A stretch of 64,000 bases of DNA from Polyangiaceae bacterium. Lineage in GTDB: Bacteria; Myxococcota_A; Polyangia; Polyangiales; Polyangiaceae. Shown piece after piece: positions 9,411 to 19,481 of this stretch. The notes beneath the pieces were generated by a model that saw nothing but the letters and a program-made list of their open reading frames with translations, did not search any database and was not told the DNA's origin. The stretch lies in assembly GCA_044376115.1 (NCBI GenBank), contig JBILLK010000008.1:224001-288000 (forward strand), in the 5' to 3' direction. The stretch's first letter is position 1. Every line of letters begins with the position of its first letter. Position numbers and translations under genes: made by a program.

Positions 9411-10337
9411 CTATGACAGGAACGGCAGCACCGCGCTAACGAGCCGCTCCGGCGTATCCACGTGCGCGAAGTGGCTGGTGTCTGCGAGTTTGACGAAGGT
9501 GCTGTCGGGGCAAAGGGCCTTGAGTCGGTCGCCGATCGCCGGCGGCACCATCGGATCTTTATCGGCATAAACCAACATCAACGGGACGGGGAAGGCCTGG
9601 CCGCAGTCGCGCCGCTCTTGCAACTGCTGCTCGAATAACCGCATATCGGCGGCGCCGAGCGCCTCACGCAAATAGCGAACGAGGCAGACGGCGCCCGCCG
9701 GGTCGGCCAAGACCGAGCCGTATTCCTCCGCCTCTTCCAGCGACTTTAGGCTCTCATCGTAGTAGTGCACGTTCTTATGAACGAAACGTTTGGGCGATAG
9801 GCCGAATACGCGCGCGAGGACGGTTTCAATGCCCGGCACCGACAAGGCGATGGAGAGCGCCTTCATACGAGCATCCGCGAGCCCCGGGGAATGCAGGTTA
9901 ACCAGGCGACCAAACAAAGCTTCATCCTGCAAAGCGGCGTGCATACATAAATAGCCGCCCATTGAATTGCCAAGCGCTGCGCAGCCTCGAATCTCGAGGG
10001 CATCCACCAGCGTTGAAAGTAGGTTAGCGAACGCCCTTGGGCTGTGTTCACGCTGTGGAACCCGCTCGCTCCGCCCGGCGCCGGGCAAGTCAGGGACGAT
10101 CAGTCGAAAGTGAGCGCCCAAAAGCTCAAGCACATAACGGAAGGAGTACGACGAGGTCATCAAGCCGTGCACCAACAAGAGCGGCGGCCCTTTGCCGGCA
10201 AACCGCACATGCACCCGCACCTTACCGAAGCCTGACGTATCGAGCTGAAGCTCGCGTACCTCCATATCGAAGTACGAATGCGCCCGGCGCGGCTCGAGCG
10301 GCAGCTCGGCGAAGCTCCCCTGCGTGAACGGCTTCAT
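9411..10337 (-). CDS. alpha/beta hydrolase
   Basis: LLVHG, PDLPGAGRS, GNSMGG nucleophile elbow, DPMVP, SHFAH. Confidence 0.9.
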   Translation of the reverse strand: MKPFTQGSFAELPLEPRRAHSYFDMEVRELQLDTSGFGKVRVHVRFAGKGPPLLLVHGLMTSSYSFRYVLELLGAHFRLIVPDLPGAGRSERVPQREHSPRAFANLLSTLVDALEIRGCAALGNSMGGYLCMHAALQDEALFGRLVNLHSPGLADARMKALSIALSVPGIETVLARVFGLSPKRFVHKNVHYYDESLKSLEEAEEYGSVLADPAGAVCLVRYLREALGAADMRLFEQQLQERRDCGQAFPVPLMLVYADKDPMVPPAIGDRLKALCPDSTFVKLADTSHFAHVDTPERLVSAVLPFLS

Positions 10338-10457
10338 CGTAGCGTTGTACCTCCAACCGTCAGGCCGCCCAAGTTGCACGTGGGCCGTCAGCTACGCAGC
10401 AGTTGGTGCGTCGCTCGAGGGACATCATTCCGCCGAAGGCGGATGCAGCAATCACAT

Positions 10458-10529
10458 TCCTGCGTAGCTCAATGGCAGAGCGCCCGGCTGTTAACCGGAT
10501 TGTTGGAGGTTCGAGTCCTCCCGCAGGAG
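10458..10529 (+). tRNA. tRNA-Asn(GTT)
   Basis: Acceptor TCCTGCG/CGCAGGA, anticodon arm CCGG-CTGTTAA-CCGG, T-loop GGTTCGAGTCC; CCA not encoded. Confidence 0.96.
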
Positions 10530-10540
10530 CTCCCTGGCGG

Positions 10541-11323
10541 TCACATCGGGTCTGTGACGGTGAAGGCGACCTCCTCGGTGATTCCCAGCGAGGTGACACC
10601 GAGCCTGAGCTCGCCTGCCTCGAGCGGGCGAACGTTGTAGTACGTAGCGTCCGAGAACCAGATAGGACTGATCTCGGCGGCGCCGGAAAGGGCCTCCAAG
10701 GCAGCAGCCTCAGGACGATAAAGAAGGTCTCCGGAGGCAGTCACCGGGGCTGCCGCGAAGTAGTAGTCCTGGCCCGAGGTGAGCGCGGTTACCTCCGTTC
10801 CGTCCGCGGGGTCGAACATGGCGACCTGGAGGTCTTGGGCGCGCGCGACGTTGAGATCGTAGGTGGCAACCTCCTCTCCGCCGAGCAAGACGGCCAGCGA
10901 TGCCGCGCCCTCTGTATCTGCCGAGCGAACGCGAAGGTTCACGACGAAGGGAAAGGCGGAGTCGTTTTCCAAGGGGCCACATTCCACCGAGCCGATCTCC
11001 ACGACCTCGAGAGCGCCCGACGCCTGGACGTCCAAAGCGCTTGGTCGCTCCACAAACGTCAGCGCGTAGTCCACTTCCGAGGAGACAGGGACCGGCGCGT
11101 GGGGGCTAGCTCGAAGGCCGTTGAGGTCGACGTCATTGGTGTCGTCGCCGAGTTCGCTTGAGCCGCCGGCCCCACCGAATGACTGATAGTCGCCGACCTG
11201 GATTTCGCACGCTATCTCCTCGAACATGGGGTCAAAGTCGATGTTGATGTCGTCGAGGTTGCAGGCAGTAAGCGGGGCGGAGAGAACGAAGGTAAGGGCG
11301 AAGCTAAGAAGCGCGGATCGCAT
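10541..11323 (-). CDS. hypothetical lipoprotein
   Basis: LTAC lipobox; acidic beta-rich body. Confidence 0.7.
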   Translation of the reverse strand: MRSALLSFALTFVLSAPLTACNLDDINIDFDPMFEEIACEIQVGDYQSFGGAGGSSELGDDTNDVDLNGLRASPHAPVPVSSEVDYALTFVERPSALDVQASGALEVVEIGSVECGPLENDSAFPFVVNLRVRSADTEGAASLAVLLGGEEVATYDLNVARAQDLQVAMFDPADGTEVTALTSGQDYYFAAAPVTASGDLLYRPEAAALEALSGAAEISPIWFSDATYYNVRPLEAGELRLGVTSLGITEEVAFTVTDPM

Positions 11324-11415
11324 ATGCCGCGCCTAAGGCAAGTCGCTTGCCAGCGCGAAATCCCGATAGATACTGGCCCAGGCTTCGCGCGCCGTATGGC
11401 AAGCAAGTCACACCG

Positions 11416-12354
11416 CTAATAGGTCCGCTCGCGTGGGTCGGGCGAGTGGAGTACGGGTTCGCTTCGTAGGCTGTAGGCGTCGAAGCCCCCTATGTCATTG
11501 GCGAGAAACTGCCCATTGGCCGAGCACGCGAGCGATCCCGAAAAGGTCGCCTTGCTTCGGAGCCCATGCCACGAGTCTTCGTGGTCTTGCTTGTAGTACC
11601 AATCGTCGCCGCAGCGCAGGTTCATGTAGGAGCCATACTGGAGCGGCGTTCGTAGCTCGACCGTGCCGTCGGCAGCGCTCATGACGTAGCCATCGGGACC
11701 TGTCGAGATCAGATAGCGACCATCACGGGACAGCGTACCGGGGCCCGGCGCGCTTAGCGCGCGCGGGTGCGCCAGCTGCGGCCAGTCAACCGCGATGTAA
11801 CTCCTGTCATCGACCTTCTTCGGCCAGTCACAGCCCACGATCATCGTGGAACCCCGAACCTCGTACTCGCACGACCACACGCACGAGTCGGCGCATCCGA
11901 CCTCGTCCGCCTTGCGAAGACGCCTGTCCGTTCCGTAGGGCCACGGGACTGCAATCCATTGGCTGCCCACCTGGAGCGCCGTGTGGACGATCTCGCCCTC
12001 CAGCTCTTGGTGCAGCACGACGGCAGGGAGGTCTGTACGCCGCCCGGCTGTGCGCGCATCTGCAAGACCGGCGGCCCCTGGTTCGTCGTGCAGCGCGAAT
12101 CCACCCTCAGGCAGGCGGGCATACCGGCGTGTTGTCCCCTCGGTCGCGAGCACCACGTCCGAAGCGCGCGAACTCTCTTCGCTGGGCGGCGCCTCGATCA
12201 GCAGGCGATTCGAGTACCGTGGAAGCACCGCTCCGGTCTCGATGGGTGCGCCGTTGTTGGTCCCTTCAGATGGTTGCACCGGGCTGGGACGCACGCATCC
12301 GGCGCAAAGATCGAGCATGGCGAGGGCGACGAGTGGGGCGCGAAGAGAGGTCAT
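11416..12354 (-). CDS. hypothetical lipoprotein
   Basis: CAGC lipobox; beta-rich body. Confidence 0.6.
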   Translation of the reverse strand: MTSLRAPLVALAMLDLCAGCVRPSPVQPSEGTNNGAPIETGAVLPRYSNRLLIEAPPSEESSRASDVVLATEGTTRRYARLPEGGFALHDEPGAAGLADARTAGRRTDLPAVVLHQELEGEIVHTALQVGSQWIAVPWPYGTDRRLRKADEVGCADSCVWSCEYEVRGSTMIVGCDWPKKVDDRSYIAVDWPQLAHPRALSAPGPGTLSRDGRYLISTGPDGYVMSAADGTVELRTPLQYGSYMNLRCGDDWYYKQDHEDSWHGLRSKATFSGSLACSANGQFLANDIGGFDAYSLRSEPVLHSPDPRERTY

Positions 12355-12387
12355 GGTCTTAGGACGTTTAAGGGGGTGCGAGCGTTA

Positions 12388-12752
12388 ACCCGAATTCGAG
12401 CGATGGGCATGTCCACGGCACGAACGAGGTCGGCACGGGGCTTGGCGAAGTTGCGCGGGCGAAGGAGATCGCGAGGCGTCTGGAGGTCGCTGCGTCTCTA
12501 GACGATCAGCGCGCCATCGCAGACGTGCTTGCCATGGCAGACCTACCCACGTCGCAGGCTGACCTCGTGCGCGACGGGCGATCGTACGCGGCTGAGGCAG
12601 CCAAGCTCGCATTGACCGATCCGCCGGCAGCAGCACGCGCGTATGGCCGTGCGCGACATCTCTTCGAATTCGCAACCGGCGTCAGGAGCCGACGCGTTAC
12701 GATCGATTCCAAAGCGTCGGTGGCGAGGGGGTTAGCGGGCACCTCTGTCTGA
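12388..12752 (+). pseudogene. probable 3' gene remnant
   Basis: Protein-like frame (..EVARAKEIARRLEVAASLDDQRAIADVLAMADL..) open upstream of 12525 to an in-frame stop with no start codon. Confidence 0.35.
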
Positions 12753-12855
12753 TTGGGACGTTACTAACACCCCTTCGGGTGTGCCGGAGCTGACTCGGTC
12801 GCTGCGGTGAACGCGCGTGGGTCCCAACGCCGATCGAAACTGGTAGCGTCCGCTT

Positions 12856-13569
12856 ATGCCGAGCAACGCTACAAAACCAACGCCCAAGAAGGCCGCTTCC
12901 AAGAAGGCCGCCGCTCCCAAGAAGGCCGCCGCTCCCAAGAAGGCCGCCGCTCCCAAGAAGCCCGCTGCTCCGAAGAAGCCCGCTGCTCCGAAGAAGCCCG
13001 CTGCTCCCAAGAAGGCCGCTGCTCCGAAGAAGGCCGCTCCTAAGAAGCCCGCTCCCAAGAAGGCCGCGCCCAAGAAGGCCGCTCCGAAGAAGGCCGCTCC
13101 CAAGAAGGCCGCTCCCAAGAAGGCCGCTGCTCCGAAGAAGGCCGCGCCCAAGAAGGCCGCTCCCAAGAAGGCCGCTCCCAAGCAGTCACACCTCTATGGG
13201 ATGTCGCTGACCGACTTCACGAAGCGGCTCCCGGGTTGGCAGCAGCAAGTGCTCGAGCAGCTCGCGTCACTCATCCGTGAGGTGGCACCCAACGTAACCT
13301 CGACCATCAAATGGGCGCAGCCGGTGTTCGAGCACAACGGTCCACTCGCGTTCGTCAAGCCTGCGAAACAGCACGTCACGTTCGGACTTTGGCGCGGCAC
13401 CGAGCTGAGCGATCCGCACGGCCTGCTACAGGGCGCCGGAACGCGCATGAAGCACATCAAGATCGCCAAGAACGATGCCATCCCGGTGACGCTGCTGCAG
13501 CGGCTCGTGGAGGAGGCTTTGCGTTTGAACGAGAAGCACGGCGATCCGACGCGCAAGGGCGCACGGTGA
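12856..13569 (+). CDS. DUF1801 (YdhG-like) protein with N-terminal histone H1-like Lys/Ala/Pro repeats
   Basis: KKAAP/KKPAAP repeats, then IKWAQPVF, HVTFGLWRG, DPHGLLQG, MKHIK. Confidence 0.85.
   Translation: MPSNATKPTPKKAASKKAAAPKKAAAPKKAAAPKKPAAPKKPAAPKKPAAPKKAAAPKKAAPKKPAPKKAAPKKAAPKKAAPKKAAPKKAAAPKKAAPKKAAPKKAAPKQSHLYGMSLTDFTKRLPGWQQQVLEQLASLIREVAPNVTSTIKWAQPVFEHNGPLAFVKPAKQHVTFGLWRGTELSDPHGLLQGAGTRMKHIKIAKNDAIPVTLLQRLVEEALRLNEKHGDPTRKGAR
12884..13182 (+). repeat. 15/18-bp degenerate tandem repeat encoding KKAAP/KKAAAP
   Basis: Repeated AAGAAGGCCGCTCCC-type units. Confidence 0.9.
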
Positions 13570-14087
13570 GCGAGCAACCGTTTGATCCTGTGCTCAACGT
13601 TGACGATGCGCCGCGTGAAGGCGGCGAGGATGCAGCGCCTTGGGCCTCGCACTGGAAGGTGCTGACCCCTCAAATGCGCGCGGCCGGAGGGAAACTCGGC
13701 GTCGTGCAAAACACGTTACCGCCGGGGAGCGTGGGCTGTCCGTTTCACTGGCACGCGCGAGAAGATGAGGTGTTCTTCATCCTCTCCGGGCGAGGTCGGC
13801 TGCGCTACGGCGACAAGACCCGGGAGCTCCGAGCAGGCGACTGCATCTCCTGTCCCGCGGGCACTCGTGTGGCCCATCAGATCGCGAATCCCTACGAGGA
13901 AGACCTCGTGTATCTGGCCATGGGCCCGTACGACCCGCATGAGGTCTGCGGTTACCCGGACTCCGGCAAAGTGATGGTGAGGGCGCTCAAGAGCGTCGGC
14001 CGCCTCGAGAAGACGGACTACACCGAAGGCGAGCCCAACCCGCCGCTGATCCTTACGCCCGCGCCCGACGCAGACGGCGAGCGATGA
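13566..14087 (+). CDS. cupin domain protein
   Basis: PFHWHAREDEVFFILSG...AGTRVAHQIAN, YPDSGK; GTGA overlap with upstream gene. Confidence 0.9.
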   Translation: MSEQPFDPVLNVDDAPREGGEDAAPWASHWKVLTPQMRAAGGKLGVVQNTLPPGSVGCPFHWHAREDEVFFILSGRGRLRYGDKTRELRAGDCISCPAGTRVAHQIANPYEEDLVYLAMGPYDPHEVCGYPDSGKVMVRALKSVGRLEKTDYTEGEPNPPLILTPAPDADGER

Positions 14088-14181
14088 AACGTCCCTGGGA
14101 CATTGAAACAACGCATTAGAATATTGTCCAATGTGATGACATACCCCGCACGCGAGGAGATTTGCGCATCTAGGGTGCGTC

Positions 14182-15375
14182 ATGACCTACCTCACGCTGC
14201 TACGAACGCGACCGGCCTATCGGCGCCTGTGGGCCGCGGAGCTTGTCTCGCAGGTGGGCGATTGGTTCAGTCTCGTCGCGGTGAGTGTGGTGTCGCTCTC
14301 GGCGCCCGGCGGCGGGGTCATGGTGCTCGCGACAGCGCTCGCTGCGCACCTTCTTCCGCAGACGCTCGCGGCGCCCTTCGGTGGATGGCTCGCCGACCGA
14401 CTCGATAAGCGGCGCGTACTTGTCGGCAGCGCGGCGCTCGAAGGCGCTCTTACGGTTGGGATGGCGTTTGCGGCTGCGGCCGGGTCGGTGCTCCTGCTCC
14501 AGCTGCTGCTCGTGCTGCGCTCGATCGCGTCCAGCGCTCGCGAACCCGCCGCGGGAGCTGCGTTGCCGCGCTTGGTCGAGCCGTCCGAGTTGCGAATGGC
14601 GAACACGCTCGGCGCCGTAACGTGGAGCGTCTCGTTCGCAGTCGGGATGGCCCTCGGCGGGCTCGCAACGACGGTTGGTGCGACATTCGCGCTAGCCTTG
14701 GATGCAGTGACGTTCGCCATCGCTGGCGTTCTCCTTGCGCGGCTTCCCCCGCTGCTCGCGAGTGAACCCAACGCTGGGCGCGCAGCCACGCCACTCTCGG
14801 ACATTGCACGCGCGTTTCAGATCGCATGGCGGCCGGAACTGCGCCGCAGCGTGTTCGCCTTTGCGCCGATCGCGCTCGTCTCGGGGGCCGGATGGATCGC
14901 CTTGAACCTTGCGAGCCAAGCGCAACCGCTCGCCGCAGGAGCCGCCACGACCTTGGGCGCGCTGCAGGCCATTCGCGGGATTGGCACGGGCGTAGGACCG
15001 ATCCTGCTACGCAAGCGGTCTGCGCGCTGGGGAGCCGTAGCAGCCGCTGCAACGGCGGCCGGGGCGGCCTTCATGGCGTGGGCGCCCTCATTCTGGCTAG
15101 CGGCGTTCTCCGCCTTCTTGTGGGGCGCAGGTGGAGGCGCAATCTGGGTGCTGCTCACGACCGAGATCCAGGAAGCTTCGGAGGAGCAGGTCCGCGGGCG
15201 AATGATCGCCTTCGCGGGGATCGCCTTTGCGACGTCGATGGCGGCAGGCGCGCTCGGGACCGCGCTGCTGTATGAGCAGGGCTTCAGCATCCGCGGGACG
15301 GCGGCGTCCATCGCGCTTGCAAGCCTTCTCGTTTGGACGATGCTCCGGCGAGCCTCGACGCAAGACTCGCGCTGA
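14182..15375 (+). CDS. MFS transporter
   Basis: YRRLWAAELVSQVGDW, motif A GWLADRLDKRRVL, ~12 hydrophobic segments. Confidence 0.9.
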   Translation: MTYLTLLRTRPAYRRLWAAELVSQVGDWFSLVAVSVVSLSAPGGGVMVLATALAAHLLPQTLAAPFGGWLADRLDKRRVLVGSAALEGALTVGMAFAAAAGSVLLLQLLLVLRSIASSAREPAAGAALPRLVEPSELRMANTLGAVTWSVSFAVGMALGGLATTVGATFALALDAVTFAIAGVLLARLPPLLASEPNAGRAATPLSDIARAFQIAWRPELRRSVFAFAPIALVSGAGWIALNLASQAQPLAAGAATTLGALQAIRGIGTGVGPILLRKRSARWGAVAAAATAAGAAFMAWAPSFWLAAFSAFLWGAGGGAIWVLLTTEIQEASEEQVRGRMIAFAGIAFATSMAAGALGTALLYEQGFSIRGTAASIALASLLVWTMLRRASTQDSR

Positions 15376-15486
15376 GCGAGACGAACGTCGCCACGGAGCC
15401 GCTGGAAGATATACATCTATATCCGTCGCTGACGACGGGCGCAGTCCCAGCTGGCACACGCGCGACTCCGAGCGCCGGCGAGCCAT

Positions 15487-15753
15487 TCAAGCGAGCCCCT
15501 TAATGTCCTTTGGCTCGAGCACGCCTTTTGCGGCTCCGCCGCTAGCGCAATGAATCATAGCGCGGCCGAGCTCCGCCTCAACGGCGGCGACGTCGCGAAA
15601 GTCTGCGACGACGCATTCGCGGAGCTTCGGATGCTCGAGGCCGTACGGGCGCCTCGACACCGAGAGGACGCTCGTGACCGCTTGATTCTCGAGGCACGCG
15701 AAGAGCACGCCCTCGCCGACGAAGCCGGTCAAACCCGTAAGGATCACCTTCAT
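15487..15753 (-). pseudogene. NAD(P)-binding epimerase-like gene with internal in-frame deletion
   Basis: Rossmann start MKVILTGLTGFVGEGVL joined after ~62 aa to a family-type C-terminus GRAMI...VLEPKDIKGLA; only 88 aa. Confidence 0.65.
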
Positions 15754-17948
15754 CTCACAGATCCTGCCACGGCCTTCTCCATCCCATCAACGAGCCAAGC
15801 CATGAGCCGTTGAACGACGTCCCATGAGGCGGGCGCGCCGCTGAAGACGGGCGCGAGAGCGACGCGGGCGGCGGCGGCCACGGCGCTGGGAGCTTCACCT
15901 GCGCGCAGGGCGGCGAAGGCTCGGCCGAGCGGTTCGGCAGCGAACAGCATGCGGCCCTCGGCGCTGTCAGCGTGAGGATGGTTGAGCATCGCGCGCGCTC
16001 GCTCGAGGTCGGCGCGGGCGTCTCGGTCGCGCCCGAGGGAGAAGCACGCCATGGCGCGGTCGGCGAGGCTCGCGCCGGCGAGCGCTGCAGAGCCGCGCGC
16101 CTCGTTCTTTCGAAGCGCCTCGTCGAAGTCGGTCCAAGCCTGCTCCGGCGCGCCGCGTACGAGCTGGAGCAAGCCGCGCTTACCGAGCAGGGTGCACTCG
16201 GAGCGCTCCACGCCGCGACACCGCGCGATCGCGAGCCCTTGTTCGAGCCAGCGTTCGCCCTCGGCCAGCTGGTGACGCATCAGCTGAATGCAGCCGATGG
16301 CCTCGCAAATGGTGGACGCAGCGACATCATCTCCCAGCGCGGTCCAGGTCGTGAACGCCTCGCGCAGCGCGCCGTCGAGATCGCCAACGCCGATCAAGGT
16401 CTCGGCGACGTGCAGGTGAAGGATCGCGCCGTCACGCAAGAAGCCGACGCGATCATAAACCGCGCGCGCCTCATTCAGCGCGAGGCGCGCGCCCGCGTGG
16501 TCGCCGGTGCGCGTGAGGTGCTGGCCCAGATCGACCAAAGCGCGGGCTCGAGCGAGCGGCTCTCCGAGCTCCTCCGCCGCAGCGAGCGCGTCCGCGAGCA
16601 ACGCGCGCGCTGTATCGCCGCCCAGCTCGAGCCGCAGCAGGTGCGCGAGTGCGGCGCTGGTGCGCGCGGTCCCGCGGCGGTCCTCTGCCTCCAGGTGCAA
16701 CGCGAGCGCGCGGCGCAACCACTCGGTGGCGTCGTGCACGCGCCCCAAGCTCGCCAGCGACTCGCCGAGCCTCGCCGCGATCCTGCCCTTCAAGCGGACC
16801 GCGCCGCTGCGGCCAATCAGGTCCCACGCCGACTCGAGCTCGCTCGCGGCGCTGCGAGGGTCTCGCGCTGAAGCGGCCTCGGCGCGCGCCAGCCGCACCT
16901 CGGCCTCTCGCTCGGGTGAGGTCGCGAGCTCGAGAGCGCGGTCGAGGAGCGCTGCGGGTGCGCCTTCGATCTGACCTTCGGCCTGAAGCAGACGACACTC
17001 GAGCGCTGGGTCTTCGAGCTCGACGCGCGCACGCGAGAGCACGTCGCGGCGCGCAGCAGCGTGCGCGAGCTGGAGGCCGAGGGCGCGATCGAGGACGAGG
17101 GCGAGCCGCGCGCGCAGCTCAGGCTCCTTGGCGTGCGCGTTCGCGCTCCAGAGTTCGGCGGAGATTTCGTGCAGCAGCTCCACCGCCTCGCGGTGTCGCG
17201 GCCCATCGAGTAAGGCGGCGGCTCGCTCGCCCTCGACGGCAAAGTGCAGCGCGTGACGTGCGCGCACCGTAACCAGCTCCTGCGCGTGTTCACGCGCTAA
17301 CTCGCGCACCGCGGCGAAGAGCGTAAAGCGGTCTCCAGCGCGCACCGCAAGGCTGCGCCGACAAAGCGACGCGAGCACCGCCGCTGCGTCGGGGGCGTCC
17401 ACGACTTTGCGGGCTGCCTGCAGTCGAAACCCGCCCTCGAAAATCGAAAGCAGCACGAGCACAGCCCGCTCGCGTTCACCCAAGAAGGACCACGACCACT
17501 CGACCGTCGCGCGCAGACTGGCGTGACGCGCCGGCGCATCGCGCGCACCGGCGATGAGCGTCGCGAGCGAACAATCGAGGCTCTCGAGCAGCGCCTGCGC
17601 GCCGATCACCCGCGCTTGCGCCGCCGCGAGTTCGATCGCGAGCGGCAGCCGGTCCACTCGCTCGACGATGGCCGAAAGCAGCTCCGGTGCAGTGGCCTCC
17701 GCGGGCTCGGCGAGCCGCTGTTTGAGCAACGCGACGGCCTCGGCGTTGGGCAGCGGGCCTACTTGCACCACAACCTCGTCCGCTATCCGTAGCGGCTCGC
17801 GCGAGGTGCACAGGATCGGCGCCGGCCGCGGCGACCACGAGGCGACCAGCGTCGCGATATCGGCGCTGATCTGCTCGGCGTTATCGAGGATCAAGAGGCG
17901 CGCGGGGCAGGCGGCGATCGCGTCGTCCCGTGGGCCAGCGGCTGCTGG
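15750..17948 (-). pseudogene. STAND/NB-ARC-like ATPase-TPR regulator, 5'-truncated
   Basis: LILDNAEQ (Walker B), TSREPL, LPLAIELAAA, RHASLRATVEWSW, TPR-like repeats; in-frame TGA ~18 codons upstream of Walker B and no Walker A. Confidence 0.7.
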
Positions 17949-18094
17949 TCAAGGTCTGGGGCCACCGCCAAGGAGCCTGCGCGCCAAGATCGACGGCGAC
18001 GGCCATCGACACATCCTCTCGGTGCATGGCGACGGACCGAATTTGACCGAGAAGGTCCCAGGGCTCAAAGCCCGCGGCGTGGCATGCTCGGACC

Positions 18095-19306
18095 ATAAAG
18101 CGCTTCCTGCTTGGGTCGTTCGGTCTGTGGCTCTCTCTCCTCGCGGTGCCGGGTTGCGGCGACGATTCAGGCTCCGGCGGGACCGGCGGTGCTCCCTCGT
18201 CCGGGGGGAACGGCGGCGACGGAGGCTCGCCCGCGGGCGGCTCATCGACCGGCGGCTCATCGACAGGCGGACAGGGCGGCGCAGGCGGGGAAGGCGGCGC
18301 AGCGAGCGCGGGCCTCTCCTTCTACGACTACGGCCTTCCTATCGACCTCACACCCGACGGCAGCAGCGCGCTGATGCAAGACCTGCTCTCTTCGGTTGGA
18401 GACGTCTATATCGCCGACACGGCCAGCGGCGAGACCACGTTGCTCACCAGCGTTGGAGACCCGCTACGTGATCTGGCCACAGCGATGTCGGCTGACGGTG
18501 CGATCACCGCGCTGTATTCGGATCCGGTCGAGGCGGGCCTGTTCGACGGCAACTGGCGCGCGCTCGAGAGCGCGTTCGCTGGCGGCTGCGACATGGATAA
18601 CGGCGCAGCCTGGGACCTCAGCGCCGACGGCAGCGTGGTCGTTGGGATGATGTGGAACGGCTGCGCACCGCAAGCCTTCCGCTGGACCGACGACGGTACG
18701 GAAGGAACGACGCTGCTGCTCGAGCTGCTCGGAGACGGCCCCAACGGCACTCCGACCAACCGAGCCACCGCGGTCTCGGATGACGGCACGACCGCCGCAG
18801 GCTTCGCCTCTACGCTGGTGCTCGACCGCACGCCGGCCGTGTGGGCCGCGGACGGCTCCGGCTTTTTGCTAGACCCCGCGAATGTGGAGGAGCCCGGCGA
18901 GGTGCTCTCGATCTCCGAGGACGGCAGCGTGCTCGGCGGGACGTGGGGCAATCAAGCCTTCGTGTGGACCGAGGCCACCGGCCGCACCAACCTGCCCCGG
19001 CCGGACAGCTTCCTCCCCTCCGACCCCTGCTACGCAAACGCGATCAGCGCGGCGGGCGAGCTCGTGTTCGGTGGTTGCGGCAACCCGTTCTTCACCACGC
19101 CCGCCGCCGTCGTTTGGAAGGACGGCGCCGTGCGCCTGCTGACCGATGTGGTCGCCGAAAACGGCCTCGAGGTCCCCGCCGATCTAGCGCTCACCACCGT
19201 GCTCGCCGCCTCCAACGACGGCTCCATCCTCCTCGGCGTCGCGCTCGACCTCGTCACCTTCGACCAGAAGTCCTTCGTGTTGAGGCTCCCAGCGCCGATC
19301 GATTGA
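18095..19306 (+). CDS. secreted beta-propeller-like lipoprotein (HAF-like repeats)
   Basis: Repeats AWDLSADGSVVVG / ATAVSDDGTTAAG / SISEDGSVLGG, AFRWT; signal peptide starts at an ATA codon. Confidence 0.75.
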   Translation: MKRFLLGSFGLWLSLLAVPGCGDDSGSGGTGGAPSSGGNGGDGGSPAGGSSTGGSSTGGQGGAGGEGGAASAGLSFYDYGLPIDLTPDGSSALMQDLLSSVGDVYIADTASGETTLLTSVGDPLRDLATAMSADGAITALYSDPVEAGLFDGNWRALESAFAGGCDMDNGAAWDLSADGSVVVGMMWNGCAPQAFRWTDDGTEGTTLLLELLGDGPNGTPTNRATAVSDDGTTAAGFASTLVLDRTPAVWAADGSGFLLDPANVEEPGEVLSISEDGSVLGGTWGNQAFVWTEATGRTNLPRPDSFLPSDPCYANAISAAGELVFGGCGNPFFTTPAAVVWKDGAVRLLTDVVAENGLEVPADLALTTVLAASNDGSILLGVALDLVTFDQKSFVLRLPAPID

Positions 19307-19342
19307 GGCCGGCTCATTCGCCGTTCCCCACCCCGGCGCTCG

Positions 19343-19429
19343 GAGGATCACGTGCTCACGAGCGATCCGGAGGACATCGGTCACCTGCTCGCGACGCGCA
19401 AGGTCGGGGCAACACTCGTCCGGACCTGA
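19343..19429 (+). pseudogene. 3' remnant of a PIN-domain (VapC-like) toxin gene
   Basis: EDHVLTSDPEDIGHLLATRKVGATLVRT* resembles the T-S-D C-terminal motif of PIN toxins; no start. Confidence 0.45.
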
Positions 19430-19481
19430 ATTGGAACCGGCGCCGCAGGGAGCTTTTCGCGATCGAGGTACGTTGCCTCCC

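Noticed and set aside
1129..10529. Integrative element or prophage bounded by the tRNAs
   Set aside because: No integrase or phage genes; no duplicated tRNA 3' end (att site) found by eye
12732..13181. Antisense ORF with GAAFL repeats
   Set aside because: Mirror of the KKAAP repeat on the coding strand
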